In this document: positions 1 through 13,171 of the stretch, piece by piece
Layout of the letters: each line of letters starts with the position of its first letter
How positions within the stretch are numbered: position 1 is the stretch's first letter
Source of the DNA: Chrysemys picta bellii
Taxonomy: Eukaryota
Reading direction: 5' to 3'
Assembly (NCBI RefSeq): GCF_011386835.1
Contig: NC_088791.1
Location: 163,060,001 to 163,124,000 of the forward strand
DNA: 64,000 bases
Notes under the pieces: model-generated
Seen by the model: only the letters and a program-made list of their open reading frames with translations
Database searches by the model: none
Told to the model about the DNA's origin: nothing
Program-made: the position numbers and the translations under genes

Positions 1-956
1 CAGTGTGTTAGCTTTTACAATATGCCAAGCAATGAAAATGAAACTCTTATTTTTGAAATTTCCATATAAATGTCTTAAAGGGCTCTCAAACACATCTACA
101 CTTTCAGGTTTAAGAAACTGATCTTTTTAACAATGTAATAGTGGACACTCTTCTCTTGCTGTAGGCCCCTTGTAATTATCACGTTTTAAAGATAATTGTG
201 AGCATTGTATTTTTCCAGTGAAGTCCTCTTATTCATAATGAGTTTAAATAGAAGCAGTATAAACCCAACTGGAAATAAAATTATGCACTGAGTTCACTAA
301 AAAAGGTAATTACATTATAATCAAGCTGTCACTTTCTGCGATAGTGGGAGATGAAACACACCATACGCTGACAAGAGAAAGGAATGGTTTGTTCTTACAA
401 ATATCATCCACGGAACAATGCCATGAAAAATCTCTGAATAATATTCTGTGGAACACGGAAATCTCTAGGAACAGTAATGGGGCTAGGTGTCAGAGAGAGA
501 GCAATACATTCACATATTGAAACCTTAACAGTCACACAAAGGGCAACTATTTGGCTGACTGACAGCCCAAAGGTATTTTGGCAAGGGATGAAGTTTGTCA
601 CAGAGAACTGTGAATGGGAAATCACAAAGTTTGTGTATTAAGTTACACAAAAGGAGATGTGATGAGATATCCCCCAGCTGTTCCACCTATCAGTCAGTCC
701 TCAGGCTCCATTCATCATCTTCTCCCTGTCTTCCCTTCTCCCGGACAATTCCTTGTACTAATAAGCCACCACCTTATCCATGTTCTCCTACAGATTCTTC
801 ACAAGATGTGAGCCAGAAATCATAATAAATAAAAACCAGAATGTTTATTTCCCTGTTCTGTGGCCCTCTCAGTGAATGCCATCTCTTGTCTGTCTCCGAC
901 TGGAAGTTCGGATTTGGGGCATGGGCCAATTCTCAAAATAGTCCATAGCTTGGTGG

Positions 957-1080
957 TAGGGTGACCAGATGTCCCGATTTTATAGGGACAATCCCGATTT
1001 TTCCATCTTTTTCTTATATAGACTCCTATTACCCCCCAACCCCTGTCCCAATTTTTCACACTTGCTGTCTGGTCACCCTA
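957..1080. mobile_element. non-autonomous hAT MITE (TAGGGTGACCAG TIR family), 124 bp
   Basis: TIRs TAGGGTGACCAGA / TCTGGTCACCCTA; perfect 8-bp TSD CTTGGTGG at 949-956 and 1081-1088. Confidence 0.95.
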
Positions 1081-1084
1081 CTTG

Positions 1085-1450
1085 GTGGTGAGGGCACTCA
1101 CCTAGCATCTGGGTTCAAGTTTCTGCATCCAGAATGAGTATTTGAACCGAAGTCTGCTATATCCCAGGTAAGTGCCTTAACCACAGGGCTATTGGGTATA
1201 AGGCAGGAAGGTTTCAGCACCACCACTGCCTTCTCCTCCTCCAGTGGCTTTGTGAATGGTGCCTATGTTCCCTTGTGAATCTAGACTGAAAAATTGAAAT
1301 GTTTCATTAGGTTAATGTTGAAATGAACCATTTTAACACTTTTGAATTTATTTTCCTTTTTTGGACCAAAATAATACACTAGAATCAACACAAATTTGCA
1401 AAATTTGGGTGAGCCAAATCTGCTTTCTTTAGCAAATTTGGCCAAAGCTA
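1085..1450. repeat. old degraded interspersed repeat, unclassified
   Basis: Imperfect inverted pair GGGCACTCACCTAG...CCAGGTAAGTGCCTT; the AT-rich part (CACAAATT..CAAAAT...CCAAATCTG) resembles 34250-34590. Confidence 0.35.
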
Positions 1451-1476
1451 GTCAGAGCTTTCGTCTCATTGAGCCC

Positions 1477-2663
1477 TGTGATGGGTGCAGTCTGGGAGAA
1501 ATGGGAACCACTGCGCCCCTCTAAGGCACACAGCTGGGCTGACCCTGCTCACCCTGTTCTGCTGGAGATTTACAACCAGCCTTACCAGGGCCTATCACTC
1601 AACATGACAACAGGTGGCAGCACTCACACAAACTGAGCTACCTGAGTGCAAACAGCAGACACCAGCCAATTTCCCAGCTCCCCAGGCATGCACGCCCCAC
1701 TGGAGTATAAACGCAAAATTATACGGTCTTGCACTGCACAGGGATCTGTACAATGTAAGCTCATAAATAGTTCGCACCTCCCTCAATGTGAAGAGGAATA
1801 TGCAACAAGCCTGTGTTAACCAAGCTGAGAATTTTCCCCCCAGACACTTCACTCAAAGGCACACTCGTTTAGATAAAGCAAAAACCAAGTTTATTAACCA
1901 CAAAAGATAGATTTTAAGTGATAGCAAACAGATCAAAGCAGATTACCTAGTAAATAAACAAAAACACAAACTAAGACTAAAATACTAGAAAGATTAGATA
2001 TGAATTAGCAATCTCTCACCCTGGTTGATGATACAAGTATTCCACCAGGTTTCCATATACAGGCTATAAATCCTTTTAGCTTGGGACCAGCACTTTCCCT
2101 AGTTCAGTCTTTGTTCCTCAGGTTTTTCCAGGAGTGTTCTTGTGAGGGGAGTGAGGCCACTAGATGACGTCACACCCCACTTTATATACCTTTAACCTTT
2201 GGCTGGAACACTTTGTTCCAAACTCAGTGCCCACCCAGTTTGTTGAAAAATACAGGTACCCAAAATGGAGTCCAGTATTGTGTGGTTTGGTCACATGCCC
2301 TAGCTGAGTCATAGCGGCCATTATTTACAGGCTGGCTGAAATGTTACAGGAAGGCTAAACTCTTCCATAGCCCATTGTCTTTGCTGATGATGCATTAGCA
2401 CTGTCTGGCTTCTTCATAGTTGTATCAGAAAGGTTCGCTGTGGATGTTTTCCAGAGTGAGCACATTTGAAATACAGATACCTAGTCAACATTCATAACTT
2501 CAGATACAAAAATGATGCATGCACAGAAATAAGATAATCATATTCAACAAATCATAACTTTTCCAATGACACCTTACATGACTCATCTTATACCAAATGG
2601 ATCATAATTATGCCATAATCATATTATAATATCACTATGACAAATATGGGGTGTAGTGTCACA
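1477..2663 (-). mobile_element. solo LTR (Gypsy/ERV-like), about 1.19 kb
   Basis: TG...CA ends (TGTGATG / TGTCACA); minus-strand TATA (TTTATATACC 2181-2190) upstream of minus-strand AATAAA (TTTATT 1890-1895); CRE palindrome TGACGTCA 2165-2172; no clean TSD. Confidence 0.7.
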
Positions 2664-3508
2664 AGTACACGTCTCCTTAAATAATTCTACTGCCCATATG
2701 CCTGGGATGAGTCGCTTTTTTTTAAACCAAAAATATCTTTTCTTTCCATGGTCTAGGTAAAGAATGGTCAGGTAGAGTTTTGTGTCTTGGCTGCTATGTT
2801 TTCAAGACAATTGAGCAAAGCTGGTGTGGTATGTCAAGCATAACATTAAATGGTCATTTGCAATGAATGATGCAGCTGTTGAAATGCCTTGGGTAGGCTC
2901 ATCTGCCATATTGTTACCCCTCTCTAAGGGTGAATTCAGATTTACTTTATGAATTACCTTTTGGTTGTAGGTAGGTAGAGTTATTTTAGAAGGCACTGAA
3001 TAGTGCAATGTCTTGGATGTGCAGTGCTTCAGGGGGTTGTGCTCCTTAATGGATTTGAATGCTTCATAAAGGAGGATTACTACAGATTGTGTGTTCTCAC
3101 TGGAGCCCTATCATTTTCTGCCTCTGATGGCTATCCTAAAGTTGACCTCCTGTTTCAACAGATGCTGTGGAATAGACTTTTAAGTCTGGCAGGTGATGCT
3201 CTCTCTTTAAAGTCCCTAAGCAGCTGGGACTTGTATAACATTATAGAAGCCTGATGTGGTTGTGGCATGCATAAGTTTCATTAGTAAATGGCTCCACATA
3301 GACAATTTAATTTAGAAAAAGGGATGTACCATCCATTTTTTAAACTTAGCTCTGAAACTGCTACACCCCAGAAAGAACAAAGGAATTGAAAACCATAGCT
3401 ATTAAGTCCTGATGTAATTTTTAAAGCCACCAAAAAGCTTCCGAGACTGGTTGGAAGAAGCTGAAATACAGACATCTCTCCCTACTATTTACTTTCCCTT
3501 GCACACAA

Positions 3509-3562
3509 TCTCTCTCTCTCTCGCTCTCACACACTCTCTCACTCACACTCACACTCACACAC
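3509..3562. repeat. compound (CT)n/(CA)n microsatellite
   Basis: TCTCTCTCTCTCTCGCTCTCACACACTCTCTCACTCACACTCACACTCACACAC. Confidence 0.9.
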
Positions 3563-4668
3563 GTTCAATTATTTGGGTCTTGATACTTGGCACTGCAGGG
3601 CTAAATAACAGGATTTACTTACCTACTGCAGGAAACATCTAGTGACCTACATATCTGTTCATGATTAATGATGAACAAGAAAGGTAAAATGTTAATCAGA
3701 TTTTTTAAAAACATGAATTCTGTAAGTGGCATCAATGTTTTTTTTTTAACTGAAGTGTGAAAAGATGCAATAGACCAGCTTGACTTAAAACAATGCACAG
3801 ATGGGTGTCTGATTGATATGTTAAGTAGCTGTCGCATTATAGACAAAAAGTGAGAGTGGCAAATGTTTGAAATATGTTACTTAAAGTTAATAGTTGTTGG
3901 GGGAATAAGGAGGAGTTGAGCAGAACTTGTTAGCCGTTCCTTCAGGTCTTTGTAGAATTCTTGGAGGCCCTTTTAGATGGAAGCAGAAGGTGGGGCAGGC
4001 AGAGGCCATGTGTCTGTAGGTTGGCTATACAGAAATCATCAGGCTTGATTTTGCAGGAGCGTTGTACGAGGGTTTTGTTTGTTTTGTACCATATGAGTCT
4101 GCACAAACCAAGAGCTTCAAAGCAAAAGGAAAGCAGCCAGATTCTGAGTTTTGAGTGACACCCCCAAAACTGATTTTTGTGCTGCAAATCTGTAAACTGG
4201 AGTGCATCATTTTAAAGGTCTGTGAAGCTCCATGAACGTATCACTACACCCAGGCTGAGATTAGGATTGCAGTGAAATCTGAAACCCAGGTGAGTTGCAT
4301 TTTTGTTTTAAAATGTCTATGCTGCTTTCCTGGTATATAGAACTTTAGTAAATACACATGATTCTCTGTCCCACTTAGCTGATTTGGAATCTCTCATTGC
4401 AATGGATGGAATCTGGGCTAAGAATCATATTTCAGTGCTATGCTAGGCACTTAAAGAATCATTAAAGCTTTCCACCTGTTTAGTTGAGAGACCTGTATAA
4501 GGTTGTGACTAATTTACTATTGGAGTAAATAACAATTCTTTGAAACTGTTCTAGCCACAAACAAGAAATGTTTGGGGACGGGGAGAACCATGAGGAAGTA
4601 CATAAGTAAGTGGTACAAGAAAATGCTAAAAAATGGACAGAGGCACTCTTGCGGTGTCAGAGTAGATT

Positions 4669-4767
4669 GTGTTCTGTGTTTGTACTTCACCTAGCACAGT
4701 GAGTCCTGGTCATGACTAGGGTCCTTAGGTGCTTTGGTAATGCAAATAATAAATAATTATAATTATT
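4669..4767 (+). mobile_element. 3' tail of MIR/L2-type SINE
   Basis: TGTACTTCACCTAGCACAGTG...GGTCCTTAGGTGCTTTGGTAATGCAAATAATAAATAATTATAAT matches the recalled sauropsid MIR-like tail ending in (AAT)n. Confidence 0.5.
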
Positions 4768-4820
4768 AGAGGATCAAGAGGGAGGGGACAGCAGCTTCTG
4801 TTGTGTTGGGAGAATGGAGT

Positions 4821-5596
4821 TGTGATGCTATATGGAATATGTCTGACCATGTATAATAATATTGATCCCAATATTACAAAGTTGCAATGAATCTTACAAA
4901 ATATGCCATGTAAGGTATCAGTGGAAAAGTTAGGATTTTCTAAATATGATAATCTTGTTTATATTTTTGTATCATCTTTGTTTCACGAGTTATAAGTGTG
5001 GTATATTTGTATCTCACATCTGTGCTATGTTTCTGGGTGACACCCCCAGACAGATTGACATCGGCACTATCTAGCCTGCTTGATGGCCTATCAAGGGCAA
5101 TCAGCAGTATAATGAACCCATTGAGAGAAGCCAGGGGCTATGCCTCTGCGTCAGCAGGACATGTAGGAATGTGCCTGTGGACAAGGGACTCCAAGTACTT
5201 TTCCATACCCATGTGCTGTGAGCTTGTGTTTGGGACAAAGGATGTACACGCCACGTGACAAGGGATATAAAAAGGCAGCTGTATCATCTCCATTTTGTTT
5301 TCAATTGTGCTTCTCTTGTACCGGTAAGTCTTCTGTGTTACTTCCACCCCTGCTGGTGAATCTAAGTATAGTGTTAACCACCAGGTTTGGGAGAATCTGC
5401 TCTCCTTTTTGTAGCCTGGCCTAGGGTGACCAGACAGCAAGTTTGAAAAATCGGGACGGGGGTGGGGGGTAATAGGAGGCTATATAAGAAAAAGACCCAA
5501 AAATTGGTATTGTATAAAATTGGGACATCTGGTCACCCTAGCCTGGCCTGACCTGGGCATTTTCAGTGTGGGTTGCCCTAGACACCTCAGGTCACA
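4821..5596 (+). mobile_element. solo LTR, probably internally deleted, interrupted by a hAT MITE
   Basis: Starts TGTGATG, ends GGTCACA; TATA-like GGATATAAAAAG near 5263; host sequence resumes across the MITE TSD; no LTR TSD found. Confidence 0.6.
5422..5540. mobile_element. hAT MITE (TAGGGTGACCAG family), 119 bp, reversed relative to 957-1080
   Basis: Both TIRs intact; perfect TSD GCCTGGCC at 5414-5421 and 5541-5548. Confidence 0.95.
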
Positions 5597-7407
5597 GATG
5601 TAAGGGGCCATCCCAGCCCAAAAAGTACAAATAATCCCTGCGAAAAAGTTGAGTTCATGGTGATTGGGATACGCTGCAGCAGTGCTTTTGTTAAGCTGCC
5701 TTTACTGGTGTGGCTACTAAGGATTAAGGATCAGCAGCAATCAAGGGCCTACATTTTCAAATGAGACTACCTTTGAGTGCCCAGGCCGGAGTAACCTTAA
5801 AGGCATCAGATTTTCACTAAGTACTAAGCACCTGCCCTCTGAAAATCAGGCACCCTTTAAGGTGGGGTCAAACTAAGCTCCCCCAAAATGGAGGCATTCC
5901 TGGTCAGATTAGAAAATTTAGATCTAAAGCTGTCAGAGCCTTCATCTTGTTGGCTAGACTCCCAAGGAAGGTGGTGGTGGTAAGTCTAGCTTCTGCCACA
6001 AACATGCAGAGGGAAGTTAATACTGCACCTCTACGTACAGGATGAATAAACTTGGCCTAGTGGTTGATGTGACATTTTCTAAAAACGTCTCAAAAGAAAA
6101 CACATCAAAGCTTGCTTAAAAAATGAAAGGTGCAGGACACGCTGCATGAGAAGTCCAAAAAGAAGTGTCAGCTATTATTAATTTCCGGCTTTTAAATAGC
6201 TATAGGTTTGTGTAATGCATTTTGACAGACAAAATAATTCACAAAAGCAAAGGTGGTGGATTTAGGAAACCATCTCTGATAGAAAAATCCTTCTCTCAGT
6301 TCATTGCTGTTTTTTCAGTTTTTGAAGTATTAATTCCTCCATGTGAATCCTGCTTGTCACATGGGGGAAGAAAGGTTCATTCCTGTGGATGAAATAAATC
6401 ACTTTAAGTACAGCATTGGAAAGAAATGAGCTTTGAAACCTGCCCCAGTGCAACAATTCACTTCTAACCAACAGCCATTTTTGCACATGAAAATGAAAGG
6501 CTAGTTGTTTGCTTATTTTTCTATAGCAATTATCTCTTTAAAGGATGTTTTTCTGGTTTTGCCTTGCAGATTAAAATCTGAATTGCTAATAATCAAGATT
6601 TTTGCTGTCTTGTTGTAAAATGCTTGCAGCATTATTAGAAGCAATCCAAGCTATGATGAATGATAACCTATGCCTTGAAGTAAATTTGAGTATAAAAGCC
6701 TGTACGACAGGAAAGACTCTTCCTTTCTCATTTAGTGCACTTGGTAGAAAAGGGAAAAGAGTTAATATCCAGTAGGTCCAATTACATTACAATTGAGAAA
6801 TTTAAAATAGAAGATTTAAGTACAAGGCCCACTTGCTCTTAATTCCAGCTCTCTCTTGATTCTGACTTTATATTGGTCAATGCAGATGCTATTACGTTTA
6901 CGCTGATGTAAACACATTTCAAAACAATTAAGATCTGTATTTGGAAGGAGGTGAGGAGGGCAGCGGAGAGTATACTTCATTTACTGTAATCTGATCTAAT
7001 TGCCTAACCTTTTAATTATCCACGTTTGTTGTGTTCATCTTGAAAGTAAGAGTGAGCTTTGTCTCACCATGTGTTGCTTGTGTCTGTCATGGTTTTTTCT
7101 CTGCGGTAACTGTATGTGGTGTGCCTCTTATGTAGTCAGGGCTAATAATTTATGGTGTAAGTGAGTAGCGCTTTCGTGACATCAGGAGAAGTTGTGACTG
7201 CATACATCACTGAAGAATTTGGCCCAGGGTTTCCAGGATGATAGAAACTATCTAATAAAGGTAATACAATGAATGGAGGATGTTAGAAAAATACCAGCAT
7301 TTTACAGAAAGGAAAAACTAAGGCTAGTACTTTGATGCACAAACAAAACAAGGAAACGTATTTCAAACTCATGGATCATAAAGATAAAAAGTTGTAGCCC
7401 CAAACAT

Positions 7408-7624
7408 CAGGGCCGGCTCTATCATTTTTGCCGCCCCAAGCCCAAAAAAAAAAAAAAAAAAAAGCCTCCCGGACTGCTGCCTGAAATGCCGGACCAAAAG
7501 AAAGAAAGAAAGAAAAAAAAAAAAGACGCTTGGACTGCCGCCCCAACAATGGATGGAATGCTGCCCCTTAGCATGTGCCACCCCAGGCACGTGCTTCCTC
7601 TGCTGGTGCCTGGAGCCGGCCCTG
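7408..7624. mobile_element. non-autonomous hAT element with CAGGGCCGGCTC TIRs
   Basis: TIRs CAGGGCCGGCTC / GAGCCGGCCCTG; TSD CCAAACAT / CCAAGCAT (1 mismatch); internal poly-A tracts. Confidence 0.9.
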
Positions 7625-7719
7625 CCAAGCATTCTGTGTCCATGGATATCAGGACTCAGAAAGAGAGACTTGCCAGAGTGCTGTTAATCTAGGCAGGCTG
7701 TACATGGATATACACTTGA

Positions 7720-8560
7720 AGATATAATCAAAGCCCTGTCTATGAAGGTTTTACACATCAGCACCATAATCTTGAAATCAATTCTTTACTTGCAGTGGGT
7801 GTAAGGATGTAGAAATTGGTACGATATGGCATGCACTACTTTTCACGTCAAAACACCTTAGCAGCCAAATTTTGAATATACTGACAAAGATTACTGATCA
7901 TCTTATATGTGTTATGTGAACAGATGGGCATTACTGGAGTCTTTCCTAGGGAAAATAAAAGTGTGGCTGGGTTTCTTAGAATCTACTAATTGCAGACCTG
8001 GCAAACTAAAATCTTTCAACTGATCACACGAAGTCCTTTGCACACTTTGCCTAATAACGTGATACTCTCAAATCAGCTAGGAATAAAAACCCATAAAGAG
8101 ATGATCTTTGCTCTGGTTTCAGGTGTTACTTAAAATGTCTCAAAATGAATTGAAAACTGTCCTGGACTAAGGCTGATAATGGGATCCAGTCTTAAGCATC
8201 TCCAGCTCATTTTTTACTAGATTTTAAATGAAGAAAGCTTAGACTCACTCAGGCTTTATATGTCCCATAGGCAATTAGTTAGAGTTACCTTTACTTGATT
8301 GAAATATGTTGGCTTTCTATCAGTGAGACAGATCTGAGAGTTACTGGCAAAGAAGTGGAAAATTAAGGTTATGAAAATGAAGAATTTTCCCTAAGGGAAG
8401 GATATCCACACTAAATTAAACTGATGGAAACTTTAGGGGGCCCTGTAATAAGGATGGTACCACAAATGGTCAGTAGGGCTTGTTGTTAATCATAGGGGTT
8501 TGTAGGTAAGACTGAGAAGGATCAGTATGGTCAGGTTATAGAACCATTAAGTATTATTAA
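7720..8560 (-). mobile_element. possible highly decayed L2-type LINE remnant
   Basis: Only loose by-eye resemblance to antisense L2 ORF2 3' sequence; no ORF left. Confidence 0.3.
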
Positions 8561-8653
8561 ACTAAGCTGACAGCAGACAACTACTAATAGCACATATACA
8601 GTATTATTGCATGTATTTTAGTGTTTGTGACTGGGTCAAAGAACAAGTTTATG

Positions 8654-9024
8654 TAAGAATATATGAGTTGCCACCCTGCCAGTATCCTGTCTTTGACAGT
8701 GGCCTATACCAGAGCTTCAGGGCAAGTGTGCTCAACAGGGCAAATGTAGAATGATCCACGCCTGTCTTTCACTCCCAGCTTCTGGTAGTCAGAAGTTTGG
8801 GGTCAATCTGAGCATGAGGTTACATCCCTTACTATCTTGGCTAATAGCTATTGATGAATTTATCCTCCATCTACTTATCCAGTTCTTTTTTGACCGCAGT
8901 TATACTTTTGACCATTACAACATCCCATAGCAATGAGTTCCACAGGTGACTTGTGCATTTTGTGAAAAGTACTTCCTCTTGTTTGTATTAAATCTGCTGC
9001 TTTTGAGTTACATTGGGTTGACCC
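8654..9024 (-). mobile_element. CR1 LINE 3' fragment
   Basis: CCAGTATCCTGTC...GCAATGAGTTCCACAGG...GTGAAAAGTACTTCCT is antisense CR1 ORF2 end and 3'UTR. Confidence 0.75.
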
Positions 9025-12000
9025 ATGGTTTAAAGCAAAAGTCACTACAATTTCATGAATGTCTGCAAGTTAACTGTGCTATGCTTAATTGTTCTTCATG
9101 TTGAATACATTATTGATCCATTGTATTCCAATTTGCATTTAGTTACAATTGAAATTCAAAGTTTCAGAGATGAGATTTGGGTTTAGTCAAGTGCCTGGCG
9201 TTTGGGTGCTGATCAGAATACCTTGTTTGAGGGGAAAATGGAGCCACTTGACCCTCTTTAAAGTTCTCACAACAGGTACTTCTTCCTTCCAGCCACAAGT
9301 CCTGTAATGGCTTCCACGCATCCTCTTTCCAAATAACCCTTTCCAAATAACCCCCCTCATTTTCCCTTAACTAACTTGTTCTCTGCTAGAAAGAGGCTAG
9401 TATATCTTCTTTCCAACAGTAAGGTACCTGTTTTAAGTGGCAGTTGGGTGGCCTCCTCCCAGTCTCTCCAGTTCCATCGGTCAGTTTGCTCATTCAACAT
9501 AGCAGGATCATGACTGTTTAACTTGGTTCTGCCCCTTTAAATCTAAAAATGACCTGAAGCTGACACTGTAGTCCAATGTGAGCCCTTATAATTTCAGAGG
9601 AACACAGGTGGGTTGGGAATGGTTATCATACTGTATTACCAATAGGTTGCATGTAACAAGAGTCATCAAAGCAAGCTGTGACTTGTATGTTCCCCACTCT
9701 GGAACGAATGGGCTTTTGGAGCTACAAAGGTGGTTATATATTTCTTAGTCTGGAGAAAAGCAATTTCCTGCACTTAAATCTCCGTATCCCTTGCCCCAAA
9801 GTTGTTGAACCTCTTGAGTTTACAGTCTCCTGCTTCAGCAGCCAAATAAATTCCTGCAGCAAGGTAAATGTGGAGGTAACAAACCATGCATGCATGTACA
9901 CAGCATCCATCTTTAACAGTGCAGCTGATAGTGTCACAGAATGTTCTGCTGCACATGCCAAGTTCCACATTCTCAAGTCTTCGCACCTTAGGTTAAAGCA
10001 TTTCTTTTCTATTTGAGCAAAGCTTGTGCTACTCATGAGGGCCTATTAACATGGGCATGGCCTAAGCCTGCAAGGTCTTACTCACAAGAAGAAATACTTT
10101 GACCTCAATGGCCCTGTTCACATGAGTAAAACATGAGGATGGGAGACTGAGTTTGAAGTTTGCATTCAGCCATATCTGAGTTGTGTCAGCGGGAGAGGTG
10201 ATTAGCGATAGCGAATAGTTTAGTTCTCCAACTGCAAAACTGCTGATGTTGCTCTCCTGCACCCAGGAGTAATAAAGGGGAGAACATTGTCTTTGGGCTG
10301 ACGGGAAGAAAAAATACAGTTTCAAAGGGGAATATTGTGGAAAGTTGTGCCTGTAAGGCAAGAGGCGTTAGAATGGAAACTACTAACCACTGTAACTAGA
10401 AAAGAAAGGAAGTGTGGTCACAGTCAGTGCTCGTGCTATTTTCTTGTTGAGGCTAAAGCCATAATGCACACTTAGCAAAGCTGATCATTGTCCCAAACCT
10501 TAGTGAAACAGAGTTGCCATTGAGGAAGATGGGGAGGGGCTATGTTGTAAGGGGATACAAAAGAACTGTGATGAGCTAGTGAATGAAGACAGTGGCCATC
10601 TTTGCTAAGGGCAAACTGTGGCTTCAGATCTATCTAGGACAGTAGGAAATGCTGTCCATTTTGAAAGAGCAATTCTTCATCAGTGGCTCTGAAGAAGAAT
10701 CATATTCTTCAGTCACTTAAGCGTCAAAACTTATTTCCAAAAAGCTACCCATTGCATTGCATATACTCAAGATTCAATTCTCTGCTAGTTTCTTAGATAG
10801 ACAACACTTGAGTGAAAATCATTTGGGACAAAAAAAAAGTCAGATGTAGAGTGCTCAGTTTCTCTAAGGACTCATTCTTAATTGCACTCAGAAACAGATT
10901 GACTTGAAAATTCATTCACTACTCACCGTGCTGTCATTTGGGGGAGTGTACAATATACCTCATCCATAACAAAGAGGCTGTAGCTATAGAGCTTCAACTG
11001 GCAACTCCAGAAATATTGGTGTCAGATTGCAATCAGTGGGCTGTTTACCTGGAGTCCCTTTGCTTGATTCAGATTATAGTTGCTGGCAGGGCAATATCCC
11101 CTCTGCTTTGGAATATACTCACTCCCATGGCTTGAAATAGTCCAAGTGTATTGAGTTTCCAGGATGTTTCAAGTTGCTTGTATTCCAGTATTGCCTAGAA
11201 GCTGCAACCAGTGTCAGGATCCCAATTGGCTAGGCTCTGTATATAGGTATAAGGAAGTCCCCAACCTCAAATCTAAATGGACAAGATTACAAGGGCAAAA
11301 GTTGAAAGAGAGTAAATTATTATCCCAGGTCCAGGGAGCCGAGGTACAGAGCAATGAAGTGATTGATCAGGAGAAGCTGGTGAATGAATGAGAGGCACAT
11401 GGGATGGTTTAAATGTCAGGCCACAACTTTATGAATTATACATTGGGTGGGGCACTATGCTGCCACTTTCCCCCTGCTTTCAGATTTCAGGCATTTAATT
11501 GGTTCCCATGCAGATTACAAACTAAACAATGACTCAGAATCTATCCCTGGTCTATCTCACGGACTCAGGTCCTGTTGTGAAACCTCTAGCCATCCCCCTT
11601 GCATAAGAAGGGTGGTGTGGCAGAGGCCCAGAGGCTGGGCAGAGTTGGGGGGAACCTCAGTTATCAAAGACTTCAGACTCCTCTCCCCCCTGAGTGCAAG
11701 GTCCAACTATGAAATCCTGGGTCTTGTTTGGGTACTGGCTCCTTTACCTTTACCCACATTGGACACCAGCTGCAGGTTGTGGCAAGTCAGTAACCTTAGT
11801 TAACAGCATTATAGAAACCTTGAATCCTATAGTTTCCAACCCAACTATGCCTCCATGAGACTGCGAGGACGGTGAAAAAACCCACTTGCCCATATGTCAA
11901 CTTGGCCCAAGATCCCTGAAAAATGGTGATCAGTCAGACTGACAGCATCATAAGCAGCACAATGCTAATCTACAATTAATGGGAGGAAGGGCCGGGCAGT

Positions 12001-12237
12001 TAATCAGAGAGAAGGAGGCTTTTGAAAAGCCCGGGCTAGCTTAAAATAGCAAAGGGGTGGGAGCAGTTGGCAGCCAATCAGCTGGCCTCCTTTCCCCCCT
12101 TGCCCAGCCAATGGTTACATGGAGAACTGAAGTAGATAGGGAATAAGGGAGGGCACTCTCTTCTCCCCCTCCCCCCACTACATGTACTTCTCTGATTCCC
12201 TGCTGTACAGTCAAAGGTCCTAAAGGCAGTAATGGGG

Positions 12238-12326
12238 TATTTGCCCAAGTTCACATGAAGTGTGTCAGAGGAGGGACCTAAAACCCAGGTGTCCTGAGTC
12301 CCATTCAATTGCCTTAACCATTAAAC
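12238..12326 (-). mobile_element. MIR/CORE-SINE fragment
   Basis: TTGCCCAAGTTCACA...AAACCCAGGTGTCCTGAGTCCC...GCCTTAACCA resembles the antisense MIR core and head. Confidence 0.55.
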
Positions 12327-13063
12327 ACATGCGATACATTTAGGATGAGGGTTGCTTAATACTTGTAAATATTTTTGGGCTTGGCCCAATTTTTCTCTGA
12401 GTGTGAGGATAAGATAGTATTCTTAATACTTGTGTATAGTGGTTGCACTTGAAGGTTTGTTAAAAGAACCTCGCGCTTGGGATAGATAATTATAGGCAGC
12501 TAAATTCGCATGTTTTAAATCTGCCACTGGGTGTTAGGGTTATACAAGGCACATATAGATGGGGGGGGAAAAATTGTACCAATATGACTAATAAAATACT
12601 GTAGTCCATCCTGAGGTTTGTAATTTCCATCTACTCTCCTTATATTTGTACTTATAGTTCTTGCTGCCAATGCTTGATGTCTGCCAGAGTGACCCACTTT
12701 GGGAAGTCAGTCTGGGTCATGCTTGTGATCATCCATATCCTGGGGTGTGGACAACATGAACACTGTTCACAGCCAGACCCATTAACTAATATGTTCCTAT
12801 GTAACTCTGTAATCTGCGTGAGTCTTCTTCCAAGATACCAGTTGAGATGGCCAGGCAAAATAAGAACCAAAGATGGATGTAAATACTATTCACATGGACA
12901 CCAAAATCCTTCAGGTTGGCTCCAACTGTAGGATGTCTGCAGACCCCTACCAGTGAAGTCAAAATAATGCATGTGCTTGTTCCAAGAAAAAACAAGACCA
13001 GAACATGTTGCTTAAATTGAGCAAATGAAGATAGAAACTTCTGACTGAAGCAAGGTGGTGGGG

Positions 13064-13171
13064 GATGATCTTGTGATTAGGACACTAGATGGAGTCCCAG
13101 GTGATCTGGGTTCAACTTTCAGTTCTGTCACAGATTTTCCATGCACACTTTGATAGCTCACTTCATCTCTC
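13064..13171 (+). mobile_element. MIR/CORE-SINE 5' fragment
   Basis: tRNA-like head GATCTTGTGATTAGGACACTAG...GATCTGGGTTCAACT...TCTGTCACAGA...CACTTCATCTCTC. Confidence 0.55.

Noticed and set aside
9734-10036. Three overlapping ORFs (100-112 aa and 70 aa) with a possible minus-strand acceptor
   Set aside because: No recognisable domain, no matching donor, and no frame clearly preferred.
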